25,158 bases of DNA from a virus (Duplodnaviria; Caudoviricetes): positions 1 to 25,158 of IMG/VR virus record IMGVR_UViG_3300044454_000081. One strand, written 5' to 3'. Position numbers and translations under genes: made by a program. The notes under the pieces are model-generated. The model saw only the letters and a list, made by a program, of their open reading frames with translations, was not told the origin of the DNA and did no database searches. Shown in pieces: positions 15,314 through 23,731 of this stretch; positions within the stretch are counted from its first letter, which is position 1; the number at the start of each line of letters is the position of its first letter.

Positions 15314-18046
15314 TCACAAGTCCTTGTGGGCGCGTTGCAGCATCATCGCGAACTTCGCGGCGACTTGGTCTTGCGTGCGCGTGTCTAACGGCCCGTTGAC
15401 GCTGAAGTTGTTGGTAACCTGCACCTGGCGTCGTGATATCGTGCCGGCGTTGCTAGTGTTGTACTTAGCCGGGATCACTGCCTCGCCGCGGTGCAACTGG
15501 AACAGCGCGTCCTGCGGCACGAAGTTGGTGCCCGTCGCTAACCCGCCGCCGTAGGGCACGAACGAGCTAACTGAGGGCGAGAAGTACGAGGACGACTCTC
15601 CGCTGCTTCCACCGCCCAGCAGCTTGCTGGCAAGTTTGCCGATGCCGCCCACGCTGCCCGACATCTTCGACGCTGCAACACTAGCCAGTGCTGTTGCGGC
15701 TGCCGCGGCTTGTGTTGTGAGCGCAGTGAACGACGTGGTCAACGTTGTGCTAATGGTGCCGATTGCAGTGGCGCTCGTGTTAGTGACTGCCGCCAGTCCT
15801 GCGAGTGCGGTGTCCGCGGCGCTCGTTGCTCCCGTCGCTTCCTTGCTGCCGAACAGCTTGCCAAAGATTTGCGACAGGAATCCTTGCCCACTCGTGCCAG
15901 CGCCCATCAGCTTGTCCGTCAAACTCTGGCTGACAAGCCTGCTTATAGATTGCTGGATCGAAGATACGAAGTCCTTTAACAGGTCCTTCAACGACTTCGT
16001 ATGATTCATCAACCCTTCCAGCAGGGTTGAGGTTGCTCCCTGTACAGCTTGGATTGCCTCGAGTTCGTTCCTTGCCGCCTGCTTAATAGCGTCGTTCTTG
16101 ATCCTAACTATTTCTGCTTCTGATTGGCGCGTCAGGTCGAGGATCTGGCGGTTGGTCTCTTCCTGCGCCGTCAGGTACTCGATGCTGCCTTCCTTCAACT
16201 CCGCTAGCCGCGCTGCTCCGATCGCACGGATGTTCTCAAGTTGCAGTTGGTACGAGCGCGCGGCATAGCCGACCTCGAGTTCATAACGCTGGTCCGCGGA
16301 GATGCGACCCAAGTCCGCGTCAAGCGCCATCTGCTCCCTTTCGCGGGCGATGTCCGCGAGGTCGTATTGCAGCTTGTAGGCGCGCTGCTTGTCTAGCAGC
16401 TGACGCACCATCTCTGCCTTCTTCTGCTCGAGTTCGATTACCTTTTTGTTAGCGTCCGCAATCTTGGCAATGTCTTGGCTGTAGTAAATGCTCTTGATGT
16501 CGAACACTTGTTTAGCCAGCCGGATTTGTTCGTCAATGTTGTGGTGGTAAGTAGCAGCCTCGTCCTCCAACACTCTGATATCGTCGCTCAGCTGTTTCTG
16601 GGCTGCGGCCTTGTGCTCGCTGAACAGCATCCGTTCGATTTCGCGTACCAGCTTTGCGTCCCGCTGATAAGCCTTCGATTTGACGTCGGTCTGCTGTGCT
16701 AGGGATGCTTGCGCGATCGCGAGCTTGTCCTCCCAGAACTTGATCTCGAGCGCTTTGCTGTCGTTGAAGTAGCCGACTTCTGCCTCGATGCGCTTCTGCA
16801 ACTCCTCCCGCCACTCGGCCATGCGGTTGTCTGGCTCGAGTTTCGCTGGTTTAGACCTGCCGGCGCCTATGCCCAAATCTTCTTTGGCTCCTACTTTGAT
16901 TTCGATGGGCTTCTGCATGTCTGCGCGGAATTTGTCCCACTTTGCTGTGAGTTCATCCCGTGCGGTGGTGAATCCCTTAGCCAGGTCCCATGCACCTGCC
17001 CAGTTCTTCTCGAACAGCGCTGCAATGATTGCGCCTACCCGTCCCATTGCGTTGCCCAGCTTGTCGAAAATTTCTATGACGTATGTAGCAACAGTCACCA
17101 GGTTCTTGAAAAACTCTCCCACCCCGTGTGCCATGTTGCTAACATTGCCGCCCTCCTTGCGGCTTGCAACCATAGCATTAATAACCTGCGTAAACGCGGG
17201 CACAAGCGCCATACTCATCTCACGCGTAAGCGCTTGGTTGGCTAGACGCAGCAGCTTAATTTGATCGTTAAGCGCCGCTGCCTTTTTCAAAGCAGTCTCG
17301 TCCATGACGAGGCCCAAATCTTTCATCAGCTGCATCTGCTCCCTCAGTCCTTCCGAACCGAGGTTGAGCAGTGGTATGAATTCGCGGCCAGTGCGGCTGA
17401 GGATTTGCTGCGCCAACGTCATCTTGTTGGCGTTGTTCGCAGTCTCGGAGAAACGGTCCGCAATGCGCAAGAGCACCTCGTCCAGCCCCATGCCCTTGAG
17501 TTCGCCTGCGGAGATGCCGAGGCGTTTGAATTCGTCCACGGAACGAGCGCTGCCTTGCTGCGCCTTCGTCATCTCCATGGAAAGGCGTTGTAGCCCTACC
17601 TGCAATGCCCGGAAGCTGACCTCGTTTAGCTCGGCTACACCCTTGAGGACTTGCAACGTGTCCGTGGCGATGCCGGTCTTCTGTGACGCGCGCTCGATCT
17701 GCTCTGCGTACTCCGCAGTGCTTTCAGCGATGTGAATCATGGTGTGCGCAAGCACGCCGCCTGCGAACACACCTACAATCTTCCCATACATCGAGCCAAC
17801 ACGCTCGATATTGGAGTTGATTTTTTCTTGTGTCTCCTTTACGTGGTTGCCCAGCTGTGTAAAGGATGACGCGAGCTTAGTGTTATTCGCGCTAACCTTT
17901 TCCGTCGACGACGTGGACGAAGAGACAACTTGGGAGAGCCCGCCCGTTATGGACGAGACGGCGTTCTTGAGCGCCGAGACAACTTGGTTCAGGCCCGCGG
18001 TAACGTTAGCTGTTACGCCTACCTTTACATTGATGTCGTCAGCCAC
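15314..18046 (-). CDS. tape measure protein
   Basis: 910 aa, helical, follows the chaperones; ASQKTGIATDTLQ, REFIPLLN.G and ATGTNFVPQD..LHRGEAVIPA motifs. Confidence 0.93.
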   Translation of the reverse strand: MADDINVKVGVTANVTAGLNQVVSALKNAVSSITGGLSQVVSSSTSSTEKVSANNTKLASSFTQLGNHVKETQEKINSNIERVGSMYGKIVGVFAGGVLAHTMIHIAESTAEYAEQIERASQKTGIATDTLQVLKGVAELNEVSFRALQVGLQRLSMEMTKAQQGSARSVDEFKRLGISAGELKGMGLDEVLLRIADRFSETANNANKMTLAQQILSRTGREFIPLLNLGSEGLREQMQLMKDLGLVMDETALKKAAALNDQIKLLRLANQALTREMSMALVPAFTQVINAMVASRKEGGNVSNMAHGVGEFFKNLVTVATYVIEIFDKLGNAMGRVGAIIAALFEKNWAGAWDLAKGFTTARDELTAKWDKFRADMQKPIEIKVGAKEDLGIGAGRSKPAKLEPDNRMAEWREELQKRIEAEVGYFNDSKALEIKFWEDKLAIAQASLAQQTDVKSKAYQRDAKLVREIERMLFSEHKAAAQKQLSDDIRVLEDEAATYHHNIDEQIRLAKQVFDIKSIYYSQDIAKIADANKKVIELEQKKAEMVRQLLDKQRAYKLQYDLADIAREREQMALDADLGRISADQRYELEVGYAARSYQLQLENIRAIGAARLAELKEGSIEYLTAQEETNRQILDLTRQSEAEIVRIKNDAIKQAARNELEAIQAVQGATSTLLEGLMNHTKSLKDLLKDFVSSIQQSISRLVSQSLTDKLMGAGTSGQGFLSQIFGKLFGSKEATGATSAADTALAGLAAVTNTSATAIGTISTTLTTSFTALTTQAAAAATALASVAASKMSGSVGGIGKLASKLLGGGSSGESSSYFSPSVSSFVPYGGGLATGTNFVPQDALFQLHRGEAVIPAKYNTSNAGTISRRQVQVTNNFSVNGPLDTRTQDQVAAKFAMMLQRAHKDL

Positions 18047-18392
18047 GCTGCTTTGCCCTCTCCGCTAGTTGGACCACATCCGCAATGTGAAAAGGAGGTG
18101 GTCCTTGCCAATCCGCTGAAACTCCCTCCATGCCTAGGAAGGACGATACATTGCCGCTGTCGCCGCTGCTGTCAGCTTGTGCTGTACTGCCTCCTCCTTT
18201 CGCTCCTTTTCCGGGTTGCAACCACGCCAACCGGGCGGCTTCGTGTGTCGGTGGCCAATCTATCCAATACCTTACTAGATCCGAGACTTGCGCTAATACC
18301 AAGTCGTCGACGTATTCCCACGGCCACCCGGTTGCTGTAATAATGCGAGCGTACAGTGCACCCCAGTCTATGCGCTCGCTTTCACCTCCCCC
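18039..18392 (-). CDS. tail assembly chaperone, frameshifted C-terminal part (gpGT-like)
   Basis: -1 frame relative to 18368..18727; IDWGALY..I.TATGWPWEYVD pattern; lies directly before the tape measure gene. Confidence 0.8.
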   Translation of the reverse strand, partial: GGGESERIDWGALYARIITATGWPWEYVDDLVLAQVSDLVRYWIDWPPTHEAARLAWLQPGKGAKGGGSTAQADSSGDSGNVSSFLGMEGVSADWQGPPPFHIADVVQLAERAKQRG

Positions 18393-18727
18393 GCGGGCTC
18401 CTCCTTGAATCCGCTTTGCCCCATTAGCGCTCCGAACACGCGCCAACAGTTGCGCATGTCAATCCACTCCTCGAGGAAGTCCATGGTGACGTCCTTGTAA
18501 TTACGCTGCACGGCGGCGAGTGCAATTTGGCAAATCATATCGAGCTTTTCCGTGTCGGACACACCCGGTTGTGCCACTTGCTTGATTTTGTCGTCGTACT
18601 TACGCAGCGCCTTGAGGTTGAGCGCCGGCACGATGTAACGCTTCGAGTCCATGTAGACGAGGATGCCGGGGATCTTCCCCGGCTCCTCTACCAACTCAAA
18701 CTCTTTTTCCCTTGCTGCTGTTTCCAT
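18368..18727 (-). CDS. tail assembly chaperone (gpG-like)
   Basis: Position between tail tube and tape measure; ends just after a slippery site. Confidence 0.85.
   Translation of the reverse strand: METAAREKEFELVEEPGKIPGILVYMDSKRYIVPALNLKALRKYDDKIKQVAQPGVSDTEKLDMICQIALAAVQRNYKDVTMDFLEEWIDMRNCWRVFGALMGQSGFKEEPAGEVKASA
18386..18392 (-). other. programmed -1 ribosomal frameshift site G GGG GAG
   Basis: GCG GGG GAG near the chaperone 3' end; SD-like AGGAGGAG just upstream; the -1 frame is open to 18039. Confidence 0.75.
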
Positions 18728-18767
18728 TTGTCAAAACTCCGCGATTGAAGTTGGGATAAGAAAGGGT

Positions 18768-18965
18768 TTACTTGCTCTCGGACACAAGCTTGAAACCGCG
18801 CGCAACGAACGCAGCGGCGAGCCACGGCTCGGCTTCGATGTAGCCATCCACCACAGCGTAGTCCTTACCACTGTGGTGGATGCCCTTCGGACCGTCCGGC
18901 ACGCCTTCCGGCACCTGCATACGGACCATCGGGAGTGCAGCAACCTTCTCGAGTTCTTGATCCAT
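18768..18965 (-). CDS. small hypothetical virion-operon protein (65 aa)
   Basis: SD GGAGG; similar to the N-terminal domain of 21634..21981. Confidence 0.75.
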   Translation of the reverse strand: MDQELEKVAALPMVRMQVPEGVPDGPKGIHHSGKDYAVVDGYIEAEPWLAAAFVARGFKLVSESK

Positions 18966-19001
18966 TACGTCCTCCGTCCTTCAAATTTACAACGGGTTGG
19001 C

Positions 19002-19772
19002 TTACGTCGTCATCGAATAGTACGCGATGTTACCCAGCGAGTCGGTAAAGCACTCGAAGTCATAGTCCGGGATCGTCCAATCGTCGTTCTTGAACGCCCA
19101 GGTCCACTTGGACGGTAACGCGTTGGGCAACCGGATTGTGAACACCTTGCCCGCGTACGACACCGACAAATCCAGCTGTACTGTAGGCGCGTACCCCATC
19201 AGCAAGTTCGCCACCGTTACCTTTTGCGCGCCGGTTACAGTTGCCGTGTACCGGTAGTTGATAAACACGCGCACGCCCACGTCCGCCGCAGCAAACGTGT
19301 ACACGCCTGCCGAAACGGAATATTGGCCAGTCGCTGGCGACGAGGCAACTCTCGTCATCGGCACCTGCGTATCCAGTACACCGAACGCGACGCCAAGATC
19401 CGAATCCCACGTGCCGGACGAAGGCACCGACGGCGTGATCTGGAAAGGCGTTGTCGGAATCAACGCGCCTACCGTGTCGTTGTAGATCGAAAAGAAGCCC
19501 GCAGTCTGGTTGGTCGGTTGCCCGAAGAACATAGTGTTGAACAGGGACGCGTAAATCTTCGCCTGCTTGACCTTCCCCGACACCTTGCCCTTGCCACGAC
19601 CCACTGCCACTGGAAACTGATTGGCGCCGTAGAGCGGCTTGGCTTCAAAGTCGAAATCCAAGCTCACGTCTTGCGATACCCCGAACGGCGCGGGCGTGGG
19701 GTTGCTGATTGTGTTGCCATACGCGTCGATCAGCGGCGTCGCGCACATCACTCCTGCACCGAAGAGAAACAT
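19002..19772 (-). CDS. major tail (tube) protein
   Basis: Strong SD AAGGAG; KPLYGANQFPVAVGRGKG and FKNDDWTIPD motifs; synteny. Confidence 0.85.
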   Translation of the reverse strand: MFLFGAGVMCATPLIDAYGNTISNPTPAPFGVSQDVSLDFDFEAKPLYGANQFPVAVGRGKGKVSGKVKQAKIYASLFNTMFFGQPTNQTAGFFSIYNDTVGALIPTTPFQITPSVPSSGTWDSDLGVAFGVLDTQVPMTRVASSPATGQYSVSAGVYTFAAADVGVRVFINYRYTATVTGAQKVTVANLLMGYAPTVQLDLSVSYAGKVFTIRLPNALPSKWTWAFKNDDWTIPDYDFECFTDSLGNIAYYSMTT

Positions 19773-19806
19773 CGCCTATCTCCTTTTCTAAATCAGCGAA
19801 GTTTGG

Positions 19807-20280
19807 TTACACCGGCCCGCTGGCATCCGGTACTCTAATCTCAAACGGCATGATTGCAACCGATTGGTTCATCATGCCTTCGAATCCTTCGTAAAGCTGC
19901 ACGCCTCCTGAAATCCAGCAATGCGACACAAGGTTACCTAGTGTTTGCCGCGCTCCCGGTGTAGGGCAGAACGCGTCGTCCAGTGCGTCCACGAGGTTGT
20001 TCAACCGTGTCCCCGGTATTGCTGCGTTGTCGTCACCACAGTTGTCATACAAGAACAGCTGAACGTGCAGATTCCAAATCGGCGGCAACCCTTTTGTCTG
20101 CTCCGGTGTCTGCGTCGGCTGCACCATAAACATTGCTGGCTGCTCCGACGCAGGCACGTTGTTCCAGTGCTTCAACCGCCGACTGTACGTTATGAACGGG
20201 AACAAACCCGACGACCGCAGCTTCGCTGAGAGCGCTACGTTCCAGAACGCTACGTAAATGTCTTCGCGCGCGATAATCAT
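19807..20280 (-). CDS. tail terminator/completion protein
   Basis: SRRLKHW..VP..EQPA and QTLGNLVSHCWI; located just before the tube gene. Confidence 0.75.
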   Translation of the reverse strand: MIIAREDIYVAFWNVALSAKLRSSGLFPFITYSRRLKHWNNVPASEQPAMFMVQPTQTPEQTKGLPPIWNLHVQLFLYDNCGDDNAAIPGTRLNNLVDALDDAFCPTPGARQTLGNLVSHCWISGGVQLYEGFEGMMNQSVAIMPFEIRVPDASGPV

Positions 20281-20281
20281 A

Positions 20282-20773
20282 CTAGTGGTGGTGTTTCACC
20301 TTGCTGGCGGCGGCTGCGCGCTGCAAGCCTAACCGGACTTGCTTCTCAATCGTGTTCGGCATTTCACTCAACGCTTCCCGCAAGTAGGATCGCTCCGGTA
20401 TAGTGACCGATTTTACTTTGTGCCATTCGCCGTCCGGTGTGCGGAATGTCAAGTACGGGCCGTTCTTGGGATAGATTGTGCCGCCAAACTCGTGGATCCG
20501 CGCGTACGGGATAGTGCCGAGTGAAATGCCAACAATAGAAATGATTTCCGTGTCTGTGACTCGTGTCTCCTTGTTGATTGCGCCGACCAAGTTGCCTTTC
20601 GGGTTCTTGTTTAGCTTGCGCACAGCAATGCGCTTCGCCCGCATCAGCAACTCGGACCCAAGCTTATCCACAACGGTGTAGAGTTCGCGGCGGATAGCTT
20701 CGTCCAGCGACGTGACATATTCGATCGACTCGTCGCCGCCTTCTACTTCGCCAGTGAATTCGGGAATGTTCAC
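20282..20773 (-). CDS. neck/tail completion protein (HK97 gp10 / Mu gpG-like)
   Basis: PYARIHEFGG...VTIPERSYLR motif. Confidence 0.85.
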   Translation of the reverse strand: MNIPEFTGEVEGGDESIEYVTSLDEAIRRELYTVVDKLGSELLMRAKRIAVRKLNKNPKGNLVGAINKETRVTDTEIISIVGISLGTIPYARIHEFGGTIYPKNGPYLTFRTPDGEWHKVKSVTIPERSYLREALSEMPNTIEKQVRLGLQRAAAASKVKHHH

Positions 20774-21612
20774 AGCACGAACGTCCGCTTGTACTGCTGC
20801 AATGCACGCGCCACGTTATCCGGCATCGCTTTCTGGGTGTAGAACGACACACTCTCCGTTCCAACCGACTGGCTCACGAGGCCAACCCGCTCCCGTTCCT
20901 TAAAGCGTAGGGCCACCAATTCAATGCACGACTGCTCCACATCTTTCGGTACGTAACTGTAGGACAGCGCAACCTCTTTCCCTGTATCAGCAGCCGCGAA
21001 CGTGTACACGCCCACTGCGCTGACTGCGTATTGCCCCGTTATCGGGGACGATGCAACTTTGACCAACGCTGTCGAGTTTGAGGTGAACTGCACGCCGTTA
21101 TCCTTCAGCCACACAAACTGCGGCGTGATTTGATAAGGCGTGGCAGGTATCGTTGCCACTTCCGCAGGCAACAGCCAACGCCCGTTGCCCCGCACGTTGT
21201 ACGGCAACACCAAGAAGCCGCCGACGTAGCGCAACACCACATTGCTTTGTCCACGTGTAAAGCCGCCTACCGTAGTCGGTGCAAGCCAGATTGCCGAGTC
21301 ATCGAACGCGTAGCCCGCTCCGCGTAAACCGCCATCAGGTGATGCTGTGATCTCCACACCGTCGATGGACACGTAAGAGACAGTGCTAACCGGGTCGAAC
21401 GCAAACACCATCTTCAACCGCGACGCGCCTGCACCGCCGCCGTCCCGCACTTCTTGGAACGTTTGCGCAGTAAACGTGCGGTTGAGTTCGTTCTCAATGA
21501 TTGCGCTTTCCCCCTCGATCAGCCTGGTAATAAGCGCGTCGCGAGCAGGATCCGACGACGTGATGTTTAACCACGCCTTGAAATTTGCTAACGTTGTCAG
21601 CTGTGTCGTCAT
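20770..21612 (-). CDS. head-tail adaptor with inserted domain
   Basis: LTTLANFKAWL...DALITRLI...LNR N-terminus and VPKDVEQSCIELVA...ALQQYKR C-terminus are typical of gp6/gp15-type adaptors. Confidence 0.85.
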   Translation of the reverse strand: MTTQLTTLANFKAWLNITSSDPARDALITRLIEGESAIIENELNRTFTAQTFQEVRDGGGAGASRLKMVFAFDPVSTVSYVSIDGVEITASPDGGLRGAGYAFDDSAIWLAPTTVGGFTRGQSNVVLRYVGGFLVLPYNVRGNGRWLLPAEVATIPATPYQITPQFVWLKDNGVQFTSNSTALVKVASSPITGQYAVSAVGVYTFAAADTGKEVALSYSYVPKDVEQSCIELVALRFKERERVGLVSQSVGTESVSFYTQKAMPDNVARALQQYKRTFVL

Positions 21613-21633
21613 TCGCTGCTCGAGCGCGGAGGG

Positions 21634-21981
21634 TTACTTGCCGGCACGCAGGCGCGGGCGTGCGCTGCTACGGGCCGATGCTGCGGCGGCAGGCGCTGCA
21701 TTCGGCGCCTTGTCCTCGTCCTCGTTGCTGGGTTGCTGCCCCGTGTCCTCGTCCTCCTCGTTGCTGGGTTGCTGCCCCGTGTCCTCGGGCTGCTGCGTAT
21801 CCGGTGCGGAAGCTGCCGCATCCGGCACGGATTCGACTTGAACGGGTGCGGGCACAAGTCCGTGCGGGGAGAGGTCCGCAATGGCGCCGTCCGGCACTTC
21901 AACGTGCCCATCCTTGTCTACGTTGTACACTTTCCCATTGTGAGAGAAAGACGTCATGCTCTCCGGTGCTTTCATACGCAT
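21634..21981 (-). CDS. small protein after capsid gene (compact N-domain plus acidic disordered tail)
   Basis: SD GAAGGA; typical position of packaging/head accessory proteins. Confidence 0.8.
   Translation of the reverse strand: MRMKAPESMTSFSHNGKVYNVDKDGHVEVPDGAIADLSPHGLVPAPVQVESVPDAAASAPDTQQPEDTGQQPSNEEDEDTGQQPSNEDEDKAPNAAPAAAASARSSARPRLRAGK
21719..21787. repeat. two 33-nt direct repeats, period 36 nt
   Basis: tcctcgttgctgggttgctgccccgtgtcctcg at 21719 and 21755; encodes EDTGQQPSNE twice. Confidence 0.95.
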
Positions 21982-22007
21982 TACGTTGTCCTTCAGGTTG
22001 GTTAATG

Positions 22008-22044
22008 AAAAATCCCCCGCACGAAAGAAATCACCGTGCGGGGG
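22008..22044 (-). terminator. rho-independent terminator after major capsid gene
   Basis: 10-bp stem CCCCCGCACG/CGTGCGGGGG followed by ATTTTT. Confidence 0.85.
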
Positions 22045-22084
22045 CCGCCTTCAGGGAAGTCCTGAATTTGGGTTGCCGGCTTGG

Positions 22085-23620
22085 TTAGCCGTTGCCGATG
22101 TTGCTAATCACGCCCATCGCAAACGGCGCGTACACGGCGAGCACTTCTTCCGCGTAGACACCGTACTCGCGCGCGCGAGTCTTGATCGGCCACTCGAGCG
22201 AGTAGTAATCCGCACGGATTTTCATTTCCGCGACGTTCGGCGTCTCGTTGTTTTGGTACTGTGCCGGCAGGTTCTCCGACCACCCGATGACCGTCCCCGC
22301 CGGAATCAGCGGATGGATCTTGATGGGAATCTTGAAGCCGCCGTTGAGCGCGTACGGGTTGAAGTACATCTCGACAACACCGTTCGCCATGATTGCGTAC
22401 GGCTGATTACCGCTGCCGTCAGCAGGCATGTTGTAACGCAGCAATGGGCCGCTCGCGTTGGACAGCACCTTAGACGTGATGTTCTTGATCTCCTGGGCGT
22501 TAACCCAGAGGACGGTCGGCGACGTCTGAAAGTTGTTCCACATGCTGAGCAGCATGTCGTCGATTTCAACGACTGAGCCGCGGCCCGATGCTGTCAGCGG
22601 TGTACCCGTGCCGGCGGTACCCGTCGCCATCATCTTCACATACGCGCCGTTACCCGCACCGCCCGCGTTGTAGGCGTTGATCGCGGTATACAGCAGGCCG
22701 TCGAACGCGAGGTCGTTCTTGCTGTTGTCGGCTGTGATCGACGCCAGCGTTTGACCCGTACCCGCAAGCGGGGCCGAGAACGTCGCGCTGTTGATCGTCG
22801 TAACCGCTTCCAGCTTCGCTGCACCCGCCCCACCTACGTACCAGCCATACGCAACCGCGCCGGGGATCGCCGTCGTCGACACGGAGAGGATTTGCCCGAG
22901 CGTGACCGCTTGTGTTGCCACGGCCGACTTCTGCGAGCTTCCACCCTTGACGACGTACGTTGCACCGTCCGCCCCGGTCACCGTCTGCGACGTCGCCAGG
23001 CCAGTTGCGAGCACTTGCCCAGTAGCGATCCAGTTACGGTAACCTTCGTGCGTCAGCGCGACCACTGCCACGTCGTACGTCAGCGTGGGAAGCGTGCCGG
23101 TCGTGCCTGCGACAGCAGTCGTCGGCGTTGCCGGCGTGCCGAGCGCGACGCTGAGGTTGCCACCGAAGATTGCGTTCTCCTCCTTCAGCATCATCTTTTG
23201 GAGGATGCGCACGACGCCGGTCGCGATAATGTCCTCGAACGTCTTGCCGGCGTTGATCGCTTCAAACGTCATGTTATCTTCTTCGCCGAGCGTCTTGTAA
23301 CTCGCAGACTTCGGCACCGCGGAGTAACTCATGCGACCCGCGCGCTGACCTTCCGGAACCCAGCCCATCGAGTCGTAACCGCTGCCGCTGACGCTGAAGA
23401 TCGATTTCCAGTTCGTCGCCGAACCGACACCGCCGCCGACGCGCGGGATGACGTTGCGCAGAGGCGTGGCGACCGGGTACAGATTCTTCGCCGGGGCTTG
23501 CAGGTCGAACGGGACGAGGCCCGTACCGACAGTGACCGACTTGCGCAGGCTGTCGCTCGGCGTGGTCAGCGCCGACTTCATCAGGTCCAGAGTTTCCTGG
23601 GTGACGTTATTTGCTTCCAT
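22085..23620 (-). CDS. major capsid protein
   Basis: 511 aa, follows the scaffold and is followed by a terminator; strong SD; DLQAPAKNLYP, LRN.IPRV and KIPIKIHP..P.GT motifs; strongly biased codons. Confidence 0.88.
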   Translation of the reverse strand: MEANNVTQETLDLMKSALTTPSDSLRKSVTVGTGLVPFDLQAPAKNLYPVATPLRNVIPRVGGGVGSATNWKSIFSVSGSGYDSMGWVPEGQRAGRMSYSAVPKSASYKTLGEEDNMTFEAINAGKTFEDIIATGVVRILQKMMLKEENAIFGGNLSVALGTPATPTTAVAGTTGTLPTLTYDVAVVALTHEGYRNWIATGQVLATGLATSQTVTGADGATYVVKGGSSQKSAVATQAVTLGQILSVSTTAIPGAVAYGWYVGGAGAAKLEAVTTINSATFSAPLAGTGQTLASITADNSKNDLAFDGLLYTAINAYNAGGAGNGAYVKMMATGTAGTGTPLTASGRGSVVEIDDMLLSMWNNFQTSPTVLWVNAQEIKNITSKVLSNASGPLLRYNMPADGSGNQPYAIMANGVVEMYFNPYALNGGFKIPIKIHPLIPAGTVIGWSENLPAQYQNNETPNVAEMKIRADYYSLEWPIKTRAREYGVYAEEVLAVYAPFAMGVISNIGNG

Positions 23621-23707
23621 GTCTGAGTCCTTCCTAAAAGGATACTGCGGTTGCTGTATTGGTTAGTTGGTCGGTCGCCGCAACTGGCGGCGCTCAGGTT
23701 CGTTGAC

Positions 23708-23731
23708 AAAAAGGCGGCGCGACGCGCCTCC
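23708..23731 (-). terminator. weak terminator-like hairpin between scaffold and capsid genes
   Basis: GGAGGCGCGTCGCGCCGCC followed by TTTTT. Confidence 0.4.

Noticed and set aside
21719-21787. CRISPR-like repeat
   Set aside because: Only two copies with a 3-nt gap, in frame within a CDS.
21609-21911. Alternative-frame 100-aa ORF with repeats
   Set aside because: It overlaps the better supported 21634..21981 gene, which has an SD and a paralog.
22751-23626. 291-aa plus-strand ORF
   Set aside because: Arg-rich antisense shadow caused by the capsid gene's codon bias.
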